NCBI GenBank assembly: GCA_965215335.1 | Contig: CBDCDA010000001.1 | Coordinates: 928,001 to 992,000, forward strand | Length of the DNA: 64,000 bases | Reading direction: 5' to 3' | DNA from: an uncultured Candidatus Entotheonella sp. | Lineage (GTDB): Bacteria; Tectomicrobia; Entotheonellia; Entotheonellales; Entotheonellaceae | In this document: positions 37,681 to 48,111 of the stretch, piece by piece | Position numbering within the stretch: position 1 is the stretch's first letter | Layout of the letters: every line of letters starts with the position of its first letter | The notes under the pieces: model-generated | The model's database searches: none | The model's input: the letters and a program-made list of their open reading frames with translations, nothing else | Told to the model about the DNA's origin: nothing | Made by a program: the position numbers and the translations under genes

Positions 37681-38781
37681 ATGGATCTGGAAAAGCTGAC
37701 GCTGCAACACGTTGACGTGCAGGCGGTGCTGGTGCCGCTGAACCGACCGGTGGTTTCCAGGGTGGGCCTGTACGAACAGTGGCCGCTCATTCTGATCGAT
37801 CTCCACACCCACGAGGGCGTCGTGGGCCGCAGCTACCTGGCACCGTACCTGAAGCAGGCGGTAGCCTACCTGATACCGGCCATTCACGACTTGGCCAAGG
37901 CGTGGCAGGACCAGCCCCTGGCGCCTGTGGATGCCTACCAGGCGGGGCGGAAGTCGCTGAGTCTGGTGGGACTGGAAGGCGTGTCCTTGATCGCCGTCTC
38001 GGGCCTCGACATGGCGGCCTGGGACGCGCTGGCAAAAGCCGCCAACGTGCCCCTCGCCGTCCTGCTCGGCGGCTCGCTGGCGCCAGTTCCGGCCTACAAC
38101 AGCAACGGCTTGTGGCTGACGCCCCTGGACACGCTGGCCGAGGAAGCGGCGGCGCTGGTCGATGAAGGCGGCTTCACGGCGCTCAAACTGCGGCTCGGGC
38201 GCGCTAGCCTCGAAGATGACCTGACCGCCATCAGCAACGTGCGCGACGCGGTCGGTGACGACGTCAAGCTGATGTGCGATTTCAACCAGGGCTTGTCACT
38301 CGGCGGTGCCCTGGCCCGCTGCCATGACCTGGACCGTGAGGGGCTTTACTGGCTCGAGGAACCTATCGCCTACAATAACCTGACCGGCTATGCGCAACTC
38401 ACCAACGAATTGGCCACCCCGGTGCAACTCGGCGAGAATTTCTACGGGCCGCGCGCCGTCTATGAAGCGCTGCTTGCCGGCGCCGGCGACTTCATCATGC
38501 CGGACCTGATGCGCATTGGCGGGGTCACGGGCTGGATGCGAGCCGCCGCCATCGCCGGCGCGGCCGGTATCGAACTGTCGTCCCATCTCTACCCGGAGGT
38601 CTCCGGCCACCTGCTGCGCGTCAGCGAGACCGCGCATTGGCTGGAATGGCAGGATTGGGCCGCGCCCATCCTGGCGGCGCCGTTCAAGCTGCAGGATGGA
38701 CACCTGGTAATCCCGGACGTGCCGGGCAACGGCCTGGCGTGGGACGCCGATGCCGTCGCCCGCTACCGTTTCGAACCGTAG
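37681..38781 (+). CDS. Mandelate racemase/muconate lactonizing enzyme family protein
   Basis: SGLDMAAWD, KLRLG, DFNQ, WLEEP, LGEN, MPDLMRIGG. Confidence 0.92.
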   Translation: MDLEKLTLQHVDVQAVLVPLNRPVVSRVGLYEQWPLILIDLHTHEGVVGRSYLAPYLKQAVAYLIPAIHDLAKAWQDQPLAPVDAYQAGRKSLSLVGLEGVSLIAVSGLDMAAWDALAKAANVPLAVLLGGSLAPVPAYNSNGLWLTPLDTLAEEAAALVDEGGFTALKLRLGRASLEDDLTAISNVRDAVGDDVKLMCDFNQGLSLGGALARCHDLDREGLYWLEEPIAYNNLTGYAQLTNELATPVQLGENFYGPRAVYEALLAGAGDFIMPDLMRIGGVTGWMRAAAIAGAAGIELSSHLYPEVSGHLLRVSETAHWLEWQDWAAPILAAPFKLQDGHLVIPDVPGNGLAWDADAVARYRFEP

Positions 38782-38784
38782 GGC

Positions 38785-39195
38785 TTACGGCGTGTAGGTG
38801 AGGGTGAACCGCCCGGTGGTGCGGTGGGAATCGATAGAGAGAACCTGCCACTCGATCAGGTACATACCGGCGGACAGGCTTTCGGGCAGACGGACGGCCA
38901 ACTCCTGGGTCACCGCGGGGCCGTCCACCATCCCCTCGTCCACTTTTTCCCGGGGCCTGATCTCGCCCGTTTCGACATCTCGCAGCGCGCGGTGCACCGT
39001 CACCCGGCTGAAGCGGCTTTCGACACGCTCACTGAACGACAGGCGAATCGTTTCGGGGAGTCGCGCGATTTCGGAATCGGCAGGCGGCTGGGTACGAATC
39101 AACTTGCCGTGCGCAGCCGAGACGGACGGCAAAAGCACCATCAGGATGACAAACCCCACCCAGTGACCCAGACCTATCCGAACGACCTTCATCAT
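38785..39195 (-). CDS. copC: Copper resistance protein CopC
   Basis: Signal peptide ending SAA then His1 (HGKL..TQP), LSFSE, YLIEWQVLSIDSHRTTG. Confidence 0.85.
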   Translation of the reverse strand: MMKVVRIGLGHWVGFVILMVLLPSVSAAHGKLIRTQPPADSEIARLPETIRLSFSERVESRFSRVTVHRALRDVETGEIRPREKVDEGMVDGPAVTQELAVRLPESLSAGMYLIEWQVLSIDSHRTTGRFTLTYTP

Positions 39196-39220
39196 CGCAG
39201 CCTCTTCGCCTTGTTCTTGC

Positions 39221-39706
39221 TTAACGAGCCTGTAGTTCCACCCGGGTAACCCGCCGGCCGTCGTACGTGAAGCGGATTTCGAATCCAACCATGCCGTCGC
39301 GGCAGGCGTGCCGGCAACGCACCGCATAGCGCACCATCCAGGGCGCGCCGATACCGCTCGGCCGCATGAAACGCGCTGCAGTGTCGTTTTGCGTCCTGAA
39401 TTCGCTCACGTACCGTCGCACGCCCTCCCAGTGCCACGGCTCCTGGCACCGCAAGGCGCCCTGTACCGGCTCCTCCGATGCACCCGAGATGTGCCGCTCC
39501 ATGACGGTGTCCATGGCAATCCGGCAGTCCGGTTGGAATTGCTCGAGCACGGCTCCGTCCAACCCGGCCAGGCCGAGCATGTCCAGCATCAGCGCCTCGC
39601 CGTCGAGCCAGGTGGCCGACACCTCCCGCACCCCCACCGGCGCCGCAGCCATCGCCACGAAGAGTAAGGTGAGGAGCACATACGGTATGCGGGCCACGCG
39701 TCTCAA
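39221..39706 (-). CDS. Exported hypothetical protein with four Cys (CRHAC)
   Basis: Signal-like N-terminus; TTG start overlaps the upstream stop; lies between the hydrolase and copC. Confidence 0.6.
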   Translation of the reverse strand: MRRVARIPYVLLTLLFVAMAAAPVGVREVSATWLDGEALMLDMLGLAGLDGAVLEQFQPDCRIAMDTVMERHISGASEEPVQGALRCQEPWHWEGVRRYVSEFRTQNDTAARFMRPSGIGAPWMVRYAVRCRHACRDGMVGFEIRFTYDGRRVTRVELQAR

Positions 39707-40575
39707 CCCATTTGACGGTGAACGAACTCGATGATCTGCGTGACGGCCTGACCGGCGACCGCCGAGGTCGGCTTGCGGTTGATGAACCCTTCCGCCTCGC
39801 CGTCGAACAACTTCAGCTCAACCTGTCCACCGGCCTGCCGGTATTGCTCGACGAAACGGTCCAGGTCAGGACGAGGATGCGCTACGTCCTCGGTGCCCTG
39901 CACGTATAGGACCGGTGGCAATTCAACCTCCTCGCCGCGCTCGAGAGCCAGCACCGGGTTGCCCTCGGCCATGGCCTCTTCATCCTGCCAATACTGATCG
40001 TGACAGGGCAGGACACGGTCAACGAGTTGCGGGTACGGCGCACCGCTCTCCCGCAGGTTCTTGGCGTAACGGTAACGTGCCAGCGGGTCGATGACCGGCC
40101 AACACAGCACCACGTAGTCCAGACGCATCCCCACGTCCGCCGCGCCGTACGGCGGCTTGAAGGCAGCGTACCGTGCGTCCTGCGGCCGCATGGCCAGCAG
40201 GATCGCCTGGTGCCCACCGCTGGAGACGCCAAGGGCGCCTACCTTGTCCGTGCGAAGGCTGAGCGTCTCCGCCCGCGTCCGCAGCCAGCGGACGCCGTAA
40301 TGAATGTCCGTCAACGAAGCCGGGTACGACGCATCGGGCGGCATGCGAAAATCGAGCGCCGCCACCGCCACGCCACTACGCGCCAACGCCTCGCTGATGA
40401 CGACGTCGTTCATCCGGTCGCCCCGGCACCAGGCGCCGCCGTGCAGCTCCACCAGCAGCGGAAAAGGCCCGTCGCCACGCGGCTTGTAAAGACGTGCCAG
40501 CAACGCCTTGTTGCCGAAACGCAGGTATTCGAGGTCTTCCACTTCAATATCGTAAACCGTCAGGGCCGCCGCCAT
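39703..40575 (-). CDS. Alpha/beta hydrolase (HSL-like esterase)
   Basis: HGGAW oxyanion motif, GVSSGG nucleophile; GGAGGAG RBS. Confidence 0.9.
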   Translation of the reverse strand: MAAALTVYDIEVEDLEYLRFGNKALLARLYKPRGDGPFPLLVELHGGAWCRGDRMNDVVISEALARSGVAVAALDFRMPPDASYPASLTDIHYGVRWLRTRAETLSLRTDKVGALGVSSGGHQAILLAMRPQDARYAAFKPPYGAADVGMRLDYVVLCWPVIDPLARYRYAKNLRESGAPYPQLVDRVLPCHDQYWQDEEAMAEGNPVLALERGEEVELPPVLYVQGTEDVAHPRPDLDRFVEQYRQAGGQVELKLFDGEAEGFINRKPTSAVAGQAVTQIIEFVHRQMG

Positions 40576-40697
40576 GCGCTCCTCCTTCCGAAATGCGCAC
40601 CTCGTACTTAAGGATGGGTTCTTGACCCGATCTCCCTTAAAATATGCTTTTCCATCATCACCGAATCACCAAGCCGACTCAAGACAAGGAAGCACCC

Positions 40698-41219
40698 ATG
40701 CAACAGCTCGACATTCTGGCTTCGGCGTTGCAGCTGAACGCCGGCCTCGTCCAACGGGCCCTCGACGGACTCTCCGACGATGACCTCACCAAGCGCCCCA
40801 ACGACCAGTGCAACCCCATCGGCTGGACCCTCTGGCATCAATATCGTTACGAAGACCGCGTCGTCTCCGGCCTTACCGACGAGCCGCAAGTCTGGCTCGC
40901 CGACGGCTGGCACGACAAGTTCGGCATGCCGGCCGACGCCGACCAGCTCGGCATGGGCGACTCGCTGGAGCAAGTCGGCGACTTCCGCGCCACGCTCGAC
41001 AATTTGCAGGGTTACGGCGCCGCAGTGCGTGAGAAGACGCTGGCTTGCCTGCAGACCATCACGCCGGCGGAACTCGAACGCGAGTTGACGGCACCGGGCG
41101 GCGCGACACGCACAGCCGGCGCCTCATTGGGCGTTCTGCTGCTCGATCATTTCCACCATAGCGGCCAGGTGTGCTACCTGCGGGGATTCATCACCGGCAA
41201 GGGCTGGTTCGCGGCCTGA
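40698..41219 (+). CDS. DinB family protein
   Basis: NPIGWTLWH, DHFHHSGQVCYLRG. Confidence 0.85.
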   Translation: MQQLDILASALQLNAGLVQRALDGLSDDDLTKRPNDQCNPIGWTLWHQYRYEDRVVSGLTDEPQVWLADGWHDKFGMPADADQLGMGDSLEQVGDFRATLDNLQGYGAAVREKTLACLQTITPAELERELTAPGGATRTAGASLGVLLLDHFHHSGQVCYLRGFITGKGWFAA

Positions 41220-41236
41220 TTTGGCCTCCTGACGTA

Positions 41237-41265
41237 TCAAGGGCCGCGACGGTCGCGGCCCTTGA
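41237..41265. terminator. Perfect 14-bp inverted repeat between dinB and the tRNA operon
   Basis: TCAAGGGCCGCGAC-G-GTCGCGGCCCTTGA. Confidence 0.65.
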
Positions 41266-41294
41266 CGACCCCGAGGAGAAAATCCTGGAGGGAG

Positions 41295-41369
<75 letters not shown>

Positions 41370-41380
41370 GACGGCAGAGA

Positions 41381-41453
41381 TGAGCCGTGCTGGACTCGAA
41401 CCAGCGACCCGCTGCTTAAAAGGCAGCTGCTCTACCACCTGAGCTAACGGCCC
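41381..41453 (-). tRNA. tRNA-Lys (TTT)
   Basis: GGGCCGTTAGCTCAG...CTGC-CTTTTAA-GCAG...GGTTCGAGTCC...CGGCTCA; CCA not encoded. Confidence 0.97.
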
Positions 41454-41511
41454 GTCGAGGACGCTGGTCTCCCTGACGCGGAGTGCATGGCCCTCAACTG
41501 CCTGAAACAGA

Positions 41512-41540
41512 AGCATAATGACTGGATTTCGACCTGTCAA
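41512..41540 (-). promoter_or_regulatory. Sigma70 promoter of the tRNA-Lys/Glu operon
   Basis: Minus strand TTGACA-17 nt-TATGCT. Confidence 0.8.
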
Positions 41541-41676
41541 CTTGCGCCCCCGGCAAGCCCGAAATCCTTCTTGCACCACCGGGGTCCCTCTGATAAAGTG
41601 GTCCCCTTTCGATTGCCATAGGCGAAGAAGCCTGAGCGGGTAACGGCATGATAGGCGCCTTAGGGGAGGAACCAGC

Positions 41677-42591
41677 ATGGAGGCCACCAAGAAAATCTGG
41701 ATGGACGGCGCGTTCGTAGATTGGGACAAAGCCCAGGTCCATGTCCTCAGCCACACCCTGCATTACGGTTTGGGCGTATTCGAGGGCATCCGATGCTACG
41801 ATACCGCCGCCGGCCCCGCCATTTTCCGCCTCCCCGAACATATCGACCGCCTGTTCGACTCGGCGCACATCGCCGGATTCGACATGCCGTTCAGCCGCGC
41901 GGAGATCGGCCAGGCCATCGTCGACACGGTGAAGGTCAACGAGGTGCGCGAATGCTACATCCGCCCCCTCGTGTACCTGGGCTACGGCGAACTCGGCATC
42001 AACAACAGCCACTGTCCCGTCTGCGTGAGCATCGCCGTATGGCCTTGGGGTGCATACCTGGGTGAGGGCGCCCTCGCCGAGGGCATCCGCGTGCGTATCT
42101 CCTCATACACCCGGCACCACGTCAACGTCATGATGACCAAGGCCAAGGTGGTCGGCAATTACGCGAACTCGCAGTTTGCCAAGATGGAAGCCGTTCGTTC
42201 CGGCTACGACGAAGCCATCATGCTCGACGTGCAGGGCAACGTCGGCGAAGGCTCCGGTGAAAACGTTTTCATCGTGCGCGACGGCGTTCTCAAGACACCC
42301 CCGCTGACCGCCATCCTGGAAGGCATCACGCGCAACTCCGTCATCGACCTGGCGCGCCACATGGGTCTCGCCATACGTGAAACCGTCTTTTCCCGTGATG
42401 AACTGTACATCGCCGACGAGGTGTTCTTCACCGGCACCGCGGCAGAACTGACGCCCATCCGTGAAGTCGATGACCGCATGATCGGCAACGGCTTTCCCGG
42501 ACCGATAACCCACAAGTTGCAACAAGCCTTCTTCCGAATCGTGCAGGGCAAGGACGACGCGTTCAAGTCCTGGCTGACCCTCATCACGTAA
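41677..42591 (+). CDS. ilvE: Branched-chain amino acid aminotransferase
   Basis: [43 protein letters not shown]. Confidence 0.97.
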   Translation: MEATKKIWMDGAFVDWDKAQVHVLSHTLHYGLGVFEGIRCYDTAAGPAIFRLPEHIDRLFDSAHIAGFDMPFSRAEIGQAIVDTVKVNEVRECYIRPLVYLGYGELGINNSHCPVCVSIAVWPWGAYLGEGALAEGIRVRISSYTRHHVNVMMTKAKVVGNYANSQFAKMEAVRSGYDEAIMLDVQGNVGEGSGENVFIVRDGVLKTPPLTAILEGITRNSVIDLARHMGLAIRETVFSRDELYIADEVFFTGTAAELTPIREVDDRMIGNGFPGPITHKLQQAFFRIVQGKDDAFKSWLTLIT

Positions 42592-42653
42592 GATCCCATC
42601 GGCGAACGACCAAACCCGGCGGTCTGCGGCCTGTTGACGAAAGGGCAGAGAAT

Positions 42654-43364
42654 ATGGTTTACGCCAAAATCTTGGCCGTAGATCAGGAACAGGCCACTTA
42701 TGAAACCTTGCTGCCGGCACTGTCCAGGCACGGCTACGAACTCCACCCGGCAACCACACCTGCCAAAGCCATCGCCCTCGCCGTCGCACACGACTACCAG
42801 GCAGCCCTGGTGTCGGTTGCGCTGCTTGATGTCTACGTGCTGCTGGCCCATCTGCGCGACACCATTCCACACCTGCCGATCATTCTGGCGCTGTCCGCCG
42901 AGCACGGCTGTATCCCCGCGCAAATTTTGAAGCTGGCGACGAACACTGTCGGCAAGCCGCTGAGCCTCGAGCCCGTGCGCCTGATGCTCGATCGTACCCT
43001 GGAACTGGCCGAGTTGCGGGCGCAGATACGCGCCGAGCGGCAAACCTGGAACCTGAACGACGTGTTGCAGAGAACCCATGACGGGGCCGGCGGTACCGAT
43101 CTGCAAATGCAGGGATTGGCGTCGGAAACACTCGTCCGCAAGCTGCAACGCATGGCAAGGAGTGCGAAGGAACTGGGCAGCGGCTCACTGCACCACTCGG
43201 TCTTGTCCTACGTGGAAGAGTTGTTGCTGACCATCGTTCTCATGGAATGCCGCGGCAGCCAGGTCAAGTCGGCAGCCATCCTGGGCATCAATCGCAACAC
43301 CCTGCGCAAGAAAATCGCCACCCTTGGACTGTCGGACCTTCGCAGCCGCACCCCGCACCAATGA
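42654..43364 (+). CDS. Pseudo-receiver plus Fis-type HTH regulator
   Basis: Degenerate REC N-terminus (KILAVD...GKP) and C-terminal GSQVKSAAILGINRNTLRKKI; no AAA+ domain. Confidence 0.8.
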   Translation: MVYAKILAVDQEQATYETLLPALSRHGYELHPATTPAKAIALAVAHDYQAALVSVALLDVYVLLAHLRDTIPHLPIILALSAEHGCIPAQILKLATNTVGKPLSLEPVRLMLDRTLELAELRAQIRAERQTWNLNDVLQRTHDGAGGTDLQMQGLASETLVRKLQRMARSAKELGSGSLHHSVLSYVEELLLTIVLMECRGSQVKSAAILGINRNTLRKKIATLGLSDLRSRTPHQ

Positions 43365-44122
43365 CTCGCGACCTACCCTCTCTGGCAGTCGTCGTCCTTG
43401 CCGCCGGCAAAGGCACCCGCATGCAATCTCCCCTCGCCAAGGTCTTGCATCCACTGGCCGGCCGTCCCCTCATCGCGCATGTGCTGACAGCCGTTCAGCC
43501 TCTGCAACCGCAGCGCCTCATTTCCGTGGTGGGCCATCAGGCCGATGCCGTACGGCTTGTGTGCGAACGGTTCGGCGCGTCCTGCGTGGTGCAGGAACCG
43601 CAGCTGGGTACCGGCCATGCGGTGGCGCAAACGGAAAGCCTGCTGGGGGACCTCAGCGGCGACGTTCTGGTCCTGTGCGGTGACGTGCCGCTGCTGCGCA
43701 CGGCGACCATGCGCCGCCTGCTCGATGAGCACCGGCGACACCGGGCCGCACTCACGATGCTGACAACGCACCTGGACGATCCGACGGGATACGGTCGCAT
43801 CATGCGAAACGACCGGGGTCATATCCTCGGCATCGTCGAGGAGCGAGAGGCCGCACCCGGCCAGAAGGCCGTGTGCGAGATCAACAGCGGCGTGTACTGC
43901 CTGCAGGCTTCCTTTCTGTTTGCCGCACTACCCCGCGTCGGGCGGCACAACACACAGGGCGAGCAGTATCTGACGGATATCGTCGAGATGGCAGCAGCCG
44001 ATGACCTGACCATTGCGCACCTCGCCACGGACCCGGAGGAGATTCTGGGCGTCAACACCCCGACGGACTTGGCCCATCTCGAAACCCTTCTGCGCCACCG
44101 GCGCGGCAACGAGCCATCATGA
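43361..44122 (+). CDS. GlmU-type N-acetylglucosamine-1-phosphate uridyltransferase domain only
   Basis: LAAGKGTRM, QEPQLGTGHAV, GDVPL, TGYGRI, EINSGVY, EQYLTD, GVNT; ends before the LbH acetyltransferase domain. Confidence 0.9.
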   Translation: MTRDLPSLAVVVLAAGKGTRMQSPLAKVLHPLAGRPLIAHVLTAVQPLQPQRLISVVGHQADAVRLVCERFGASCVVQEPQLGTGHAVAQTESLLGDLSGDVLVLCGDVPLLRTATMRRLLDEHRRHRAALTMLTTHLDDPTGYGRIMRNDRGHILGIVEEREAAPGQKAVCEINSGVYCLQASFLFAALPRVGRHNTQGEQYLTDIVEMAAADDLTIAHLATDPEEILGVNTPTDLAHLETLLRHRRGNEPS

Positions 44123-46302
44123 CGTTTCCCTGGCAGGCCCAACTCAACGCGCCGCAGTGGGAAGCGGTGCAGCACACCGAGGGGCCGGTGCTTATCCTGG
44201 CCGGTGCCGGATCGGGCAAAACGCGCGTCATCACCCATCGCATCGCCCATCTCATTCGCCATTGCGGGGTGCGCGCCGAACACCTCCTGGCCGTGACGTT
44301 CACCAACAAGGCGGCCCAGGAAATGCGGCAGCGGGTGCACGGGCTGCTCGGCGCCAGCGGCCTGCCACTGTGGCTCAGCACGTTCCACGCCGCCGCCGCC
44401 CGCCTGCTGCGCCGCGAAGCCGATCACCTCGGCCTGGCGCCCAATTTCGTCATCTATGACGCCGCGGATCAACTGTCACTGGTCAAACAGTGTGTCCGCG
44501 ACCTGGAAATCGCCGAGGATCTGTACGCCCCGCAACAGATTCGGCGCCGCATCAGCGCTCTGAAAAACGACCTCGTCGACGCCGAGGCGTTTCAGCACGC
44601 GGCGGATGACCATGGGCTCGACGCCGCTGTCGCCCGTGCGTACAACGTCTACCAGACACGCCTGCGCGAAAACGCCGCCCTCGATTTCGACGACCTGCTG
44701 ATGCTCACCGTCCAGATGCTGCGCCGCCACGACGCCATCCGTCAGCGCTACCAGCACCGCCTGCGCTATATCATGGTCGACGAGTACCAGGACACCAACA
44801 TGGCGCAGTATCACCTCCTCAACCTGCTGGCCGAGGAGCACCGCAACCTGTGCGTGGTGGGCGATGACGACCAGAGCGTCTATCGCTTCCGCGGCGCCAA
44901 CGTGCGCAACATCCTCAACTTCGAGCGCGATTACCCCGACGCCAGGGTGATCAAGCTGGAACAGAATTACCGCTCCACGGGCACCATCCTCGAGGCCGCC
45001 ACCGCGGTGGTGTCGAAGAACCCCGGTCGGCGGGGAAAGACCCTGTGGACGGCAAACACCCGCGGTGTGCCCATCGGCTACTTCTGCGCCCTGGACGAGG
45101 TACACGAGGCCGAAGTCATTTGCCAGAACATCCTGGGGCTGCGGAACGCCGAGGGCCTGGCCCTGAAAGATTTCGCCATCTTCTACCGCACCAACGCGCA
45201 GTCGCGGGTGCTGGAAGACGGCCTGCGGCGTGCCGACATGCCGTACCAGATCGTCGGCGGCCTGCGTTTTTACGACCGCCAGGAGATCAAGGACGCCCTG
45301 GCCTACATGCGCCTGCTGACCAATTCACAGGATACGCTGAGCCTGCGACGCATCATCAACGTGCCGCGGCGCGGCATCGGCAACACGACCTGGGCGCGAC
45401 TGGAAACGCTGGCGCAGGAAAACGGCATCAGCGGCTTTGAGGCACTGGCACTGCTGGCGGACGGCAAGGAGGATGCCGGCATCGGCAAGGCCGCCCTCGG
45501 ACGCCTGCGGGGTTTTTACGAGTTCCTGCAGCGTCTCATGGCCAGGGTTCCCGGCACGTCCGCAGCGGACAGCATTTACGAGGTTCTCGATGCCAGTGGC
45601 TACTTGGCGCACCTGAAGGCCGAACGAACGGTGGAAGCGCAAACACGGCTGGAGAACCTGAGCGAGATGGTGAACGCCGCCGCCGACTACGACCAGCAAG
45701 CCGACGAACCGGGCCTGCAGGGATTTCTGGAGCACACGGCCCTGGTCTCTGACCAGGACAACCTGCAGGACGACCGCGGCGCCGTGACGCTGATGACCCT
45801 GCACGCCTCGAAGGGCCTGGAATTTCCCGTGGTATTTATCGCCGGTATGGAGAACGGCCTGTTCCCGCACAGCCGCTCGTTCGATGAACCGCTCGAGATG
45901 GAGGAAGAGCGGCGCCTCTGCTACGTCGGCATGACGCGCGCCGAACGCTGGCTCTTCCTCACCAGCGCGGCATGGCGGCGCCTGTACGGCACCGAACAGC
46001 AGCAGATGCCGTCGGCGTTCTTGCCGGATATTCCCATGACGTGCATCACCAATCACTCGTCGCAGCCTGAGGAGCGCCAACACGAACCGCCGCAGGCGGT
46101 GGCGCCACCCCGTGCCTGGCCGCAGTCGTCTGTACCCGCGGGCACCTTCGCGGCCGGTTCCGTCGTTCAGCACGCGCAATTCGGCCGCGGCGTCGTACAG
46201 AAATGCGAGGGCGAAGGCGCTGCCCTCAAACTCACGATTGTCTTCAGCGACTACGGCATCAAGAAGATCATGCCGAAGTACGCCAGCATGCAAGTGCTAT
46301 GA
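44119..46302 (+). CDS. pcrA: ATP-dependent DNA helicase PcrA/UvrD
   Basis: [55 protein letters not shown]. Confidence 0.97.
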   Translation: MTFPWQAQLNAPQWEAVQHTEGPVLILAGAGSGKTRVITHRIAHLIRHCGVRAEHLLAVTFTNKAAQEMRQRVHGLLGASGLPLWLSTFHAAAARLLRREADHLGLAPNFVIYDAADQLSLVKQCVRDLEIAEDLYAPQQIRRRISALKNDLVDAEAFQHAADDHGLDAAVARAYNVYQTRLRENAALDFDDLLMLTVQMLRRHDAIRQRYQHRLRYIMVDEYQDTNMAQYHLLNLLAEEHRNLCVVGDDDQSVYRFRGANVRNILNFERDYPDARVIKLEQNYRSTGTILEAATAVVSKNPGRRGKTLWTANTRGVPIGYFCALDEVHEAEVICQNILGLRNAEGLALKDFAIFYRTNAQSRVLEDGLRRADMPYQIVGGLRFYDRQEIKDALAYMRLLTNSQDTLSLRRIINVPRRGIGNTTWARLETLAQENGISGFEALALLADGKEDAGIGKAALGRLRGFYEFLQRLMARVPGTSAADSIYEVLDASGYLAHLKAERTVEAQTRLENLSEMVNAAADYDQQADEPGLQGFLEHTALVSDQDNLQDDRGAVTLMTLHASKGLEFPVVFIAGMENGLFPHSRSFDEPLEMEEERRLCYVGMTRAERWLFLTSAAWRRLYGTEQQQMPSAFLPDIPMTCITNHSSQPEERQHEPPQAVAPPRAWPQSSVPAGTFAAGSVVQHAQFGRGVVQKCEGEGAALKLTIVFSDYGIKKIMPKYASMQVL

Positions 46303-46319
46303 GGGAGAAAGGCCCCGGC

Positions 46320-46619
46320 ATGACCGATGGAAATGTCATCTCCGAAGCACAGGTAGCGCACCTCGCTCGCCTGGCCCGCTTGGCCCTGGATGCCGACGAG
46401 CAACGGCGGCTCACCCAGCAGTTGAACGCCATCCTGACCTACATGGAACAGTTGAACGAGGTGCCGACCGAGGACGTGGAGCCGACGGCGCACGTCTTCG
46501 ATCTCGTCAATGTTTATCGCCCCGACGAGCCGCGCCGCACGCTGACCACCGACGCGGCGCTATCCAACGCCCCGGAAACCGAGCAACGCTTCTTCGTCGT
46601 ACCCCGGGTCGTCGAGTAA
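46320..46619 (+). CDS. gatC: Asp/Glu-tRNA amidotransferase subunit C
   Basis: [19 protein letters not shown]...FFVVPRVV. Confidence 0.95.
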   Translation: MTDGNVISEAQVAHLARLARLALDADEQRRLTQQLNAILTYMEQLNEVPTEDVEPTAHVFDLVNVYRPDEPRRTLTTDAALSNAPETEQRFFVVPRVVE

Positions 46620-46624
46620 CCGGC

Positions 46625-48100
46625 ATGCCAGGCATGCAGCCCATCCACGTCCTGCACGAGCAGTTGGTCAGCGGCACGCTCGATGCCGCGGAACTGACCG
46701 AGGCCCTGCTGGAACGCCTCGATGCCGTTGAATCTCGAGTGAACGCCTACGTCACGGTGACCGCCGAGCGGGCGCGGCAGCAGGCCGCCGAAGCAGCAGC
46801 AGCCTTTGCGCGCGGCGAGCTGCGCTCGCCGTTGCAAGGCATCCCCCTGGCCATCAAGGACAACATCTGCACCAAGGGCGTGCGCACGACCTGCGCCTCC
46901 CGCATCCTGGAACATTTTGTGCCACCATACGACGCCACCGTCATGCAGCGCCTGCAAGCAGCCGGCGCAGTGATGATCGGCAAGGCGAATCTGGACGAAT
47001 TCGCCATGGGATCGTCGACCGAAACCTCGTACTTCGCGCCGACCCGCAATCCATGGGGCAACGCGGAATACGTGCCCGGCGGCTCCAGTGGCGGCCCGGC
47101 GGCGGCGGTGAGCGCCGGCTTGTGCGCGGCAGCCCTGGGTTCGGACACCGGCGGCTCCATCCGCCAGCCGGCAGCCATGACGGGTGTCGTGGGCCTGAAG
47201 CCGACATACGGCCGCGTATCCCGCTTCGGCCTGGTGGCGTTCGCTTCCTCGCTCGATCAGATCGGACCGCTGACCCGGGACGTTCACGATGCCGCCCTGT
47301 TGTTGCAGACCATCGCCGGACACGACCCGCACGACTCGACCTCCGGTGACGCCCCGGTGCCGGATTATGCCGGAGCCCTCGCTCGCGGCGTGCAGGGACT
47401 GAAGCTCGGCGTGCCACGCGAGTACTTCGTGGCGGGCATGAACGCCGAGGTCGAGGCCGCCGTGCGCGCCGGCATCGACACCCTGCGTCAGGCGGGCGCC
47501 GAACTGGTCGACGTATCGCTGCCCCATACCCCGTATGCCGTCGCCACTTACTACATCCTGGCCAACGCCGAGGCCAGCGCCAACCTGGCGCGCTACGACG
47601 GCGTGCGCTTCGGCTTTCGCGCCGCCGAACCCGCCGACCTGTCGGACATGTACATGCGTACCCGCGCCGAGGGCTTCGGGGCAGAGGTGAAACGGCGCAT
47701 CATGCTGGGCACCTACGCCCTGAGTTCCGGCTATTACGATGCCTATTACAAAAAGGCGCAGCAGGTCCGCACCCTGTTCCGCCAGGATTTTCAGCGCGCC
47801 TTCGCCCGCTGCGACGCCCTGCTGACGCCCGTCGCCCCCACCCCGGCCTTCCGTCTCGGCGAGCGGCTCGACGATCCGCTGCACATGTATCTGGCCGATA
47901 TCTTCACCATCCCCATGAACCTTGCGGGAGTGCCTGCCCTGTCGGTGCCCTGCGGTCTGACGACGGATGGCCTGCCGGTCGGCTTGCAGATCGCCACCCC
48001 GCCGTTTCGCGAAGATGTGCTCCTGCAGGTTGGCGCAGCCTTTGAAGCGGTCACCGATTTTCACACCCTGAAGCCGGACGGCCTGCCACCCTGCGCGTGA
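46625..48100 (+). CDS. gatA: Asp/Glu-tRNA amidotransferase subunit A
   Basis: [41 protein letters not shown]. Confidence 0.97.
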   Translation: MPGMQPIHVLHEQLVSGTLDAAELTEALLERLDAVESRVNAYVTVTAERARQQAAEAAAAFARGELRSPLQGIPLAIKDNICTKGVRTTCASRILEHFVPPYDATVMQRLQAAGAVMIGKANLDEFAMGSSTETSYFAPTRNPWGNAEYVPGGSSGGPAAAVSAGLCAAALGSDTGGSIRQPAAMTGVVGLKPTYGRVSRFGLVAFASSLDQIGPLTRDVHDAALLLQTIAGHDPHDSTSGDAPVPDYAGALARGVQGLKLGVPREYFVAGMNAEVEAAVRAGIDTLRQAGAELVDVSLPHTPYAVATYYILANAEASANLARYDGVRFGFRAAEPADLSDMYMRTRAEGFGAEVKRRIMLGTYALSSGYYDAYYKKAQQVRTLFRQDFQRAFARCDALLTPVAPTPAFRLGERLDDPLHMYLADIFTIPMNLAGVPALSVPCGLTTDGLPVGLQIATPPFREDVLLQVGAAFEAVTDFHTLKPDGLPPCA

Positions 48101-48111
48101 GGAAAATCACC

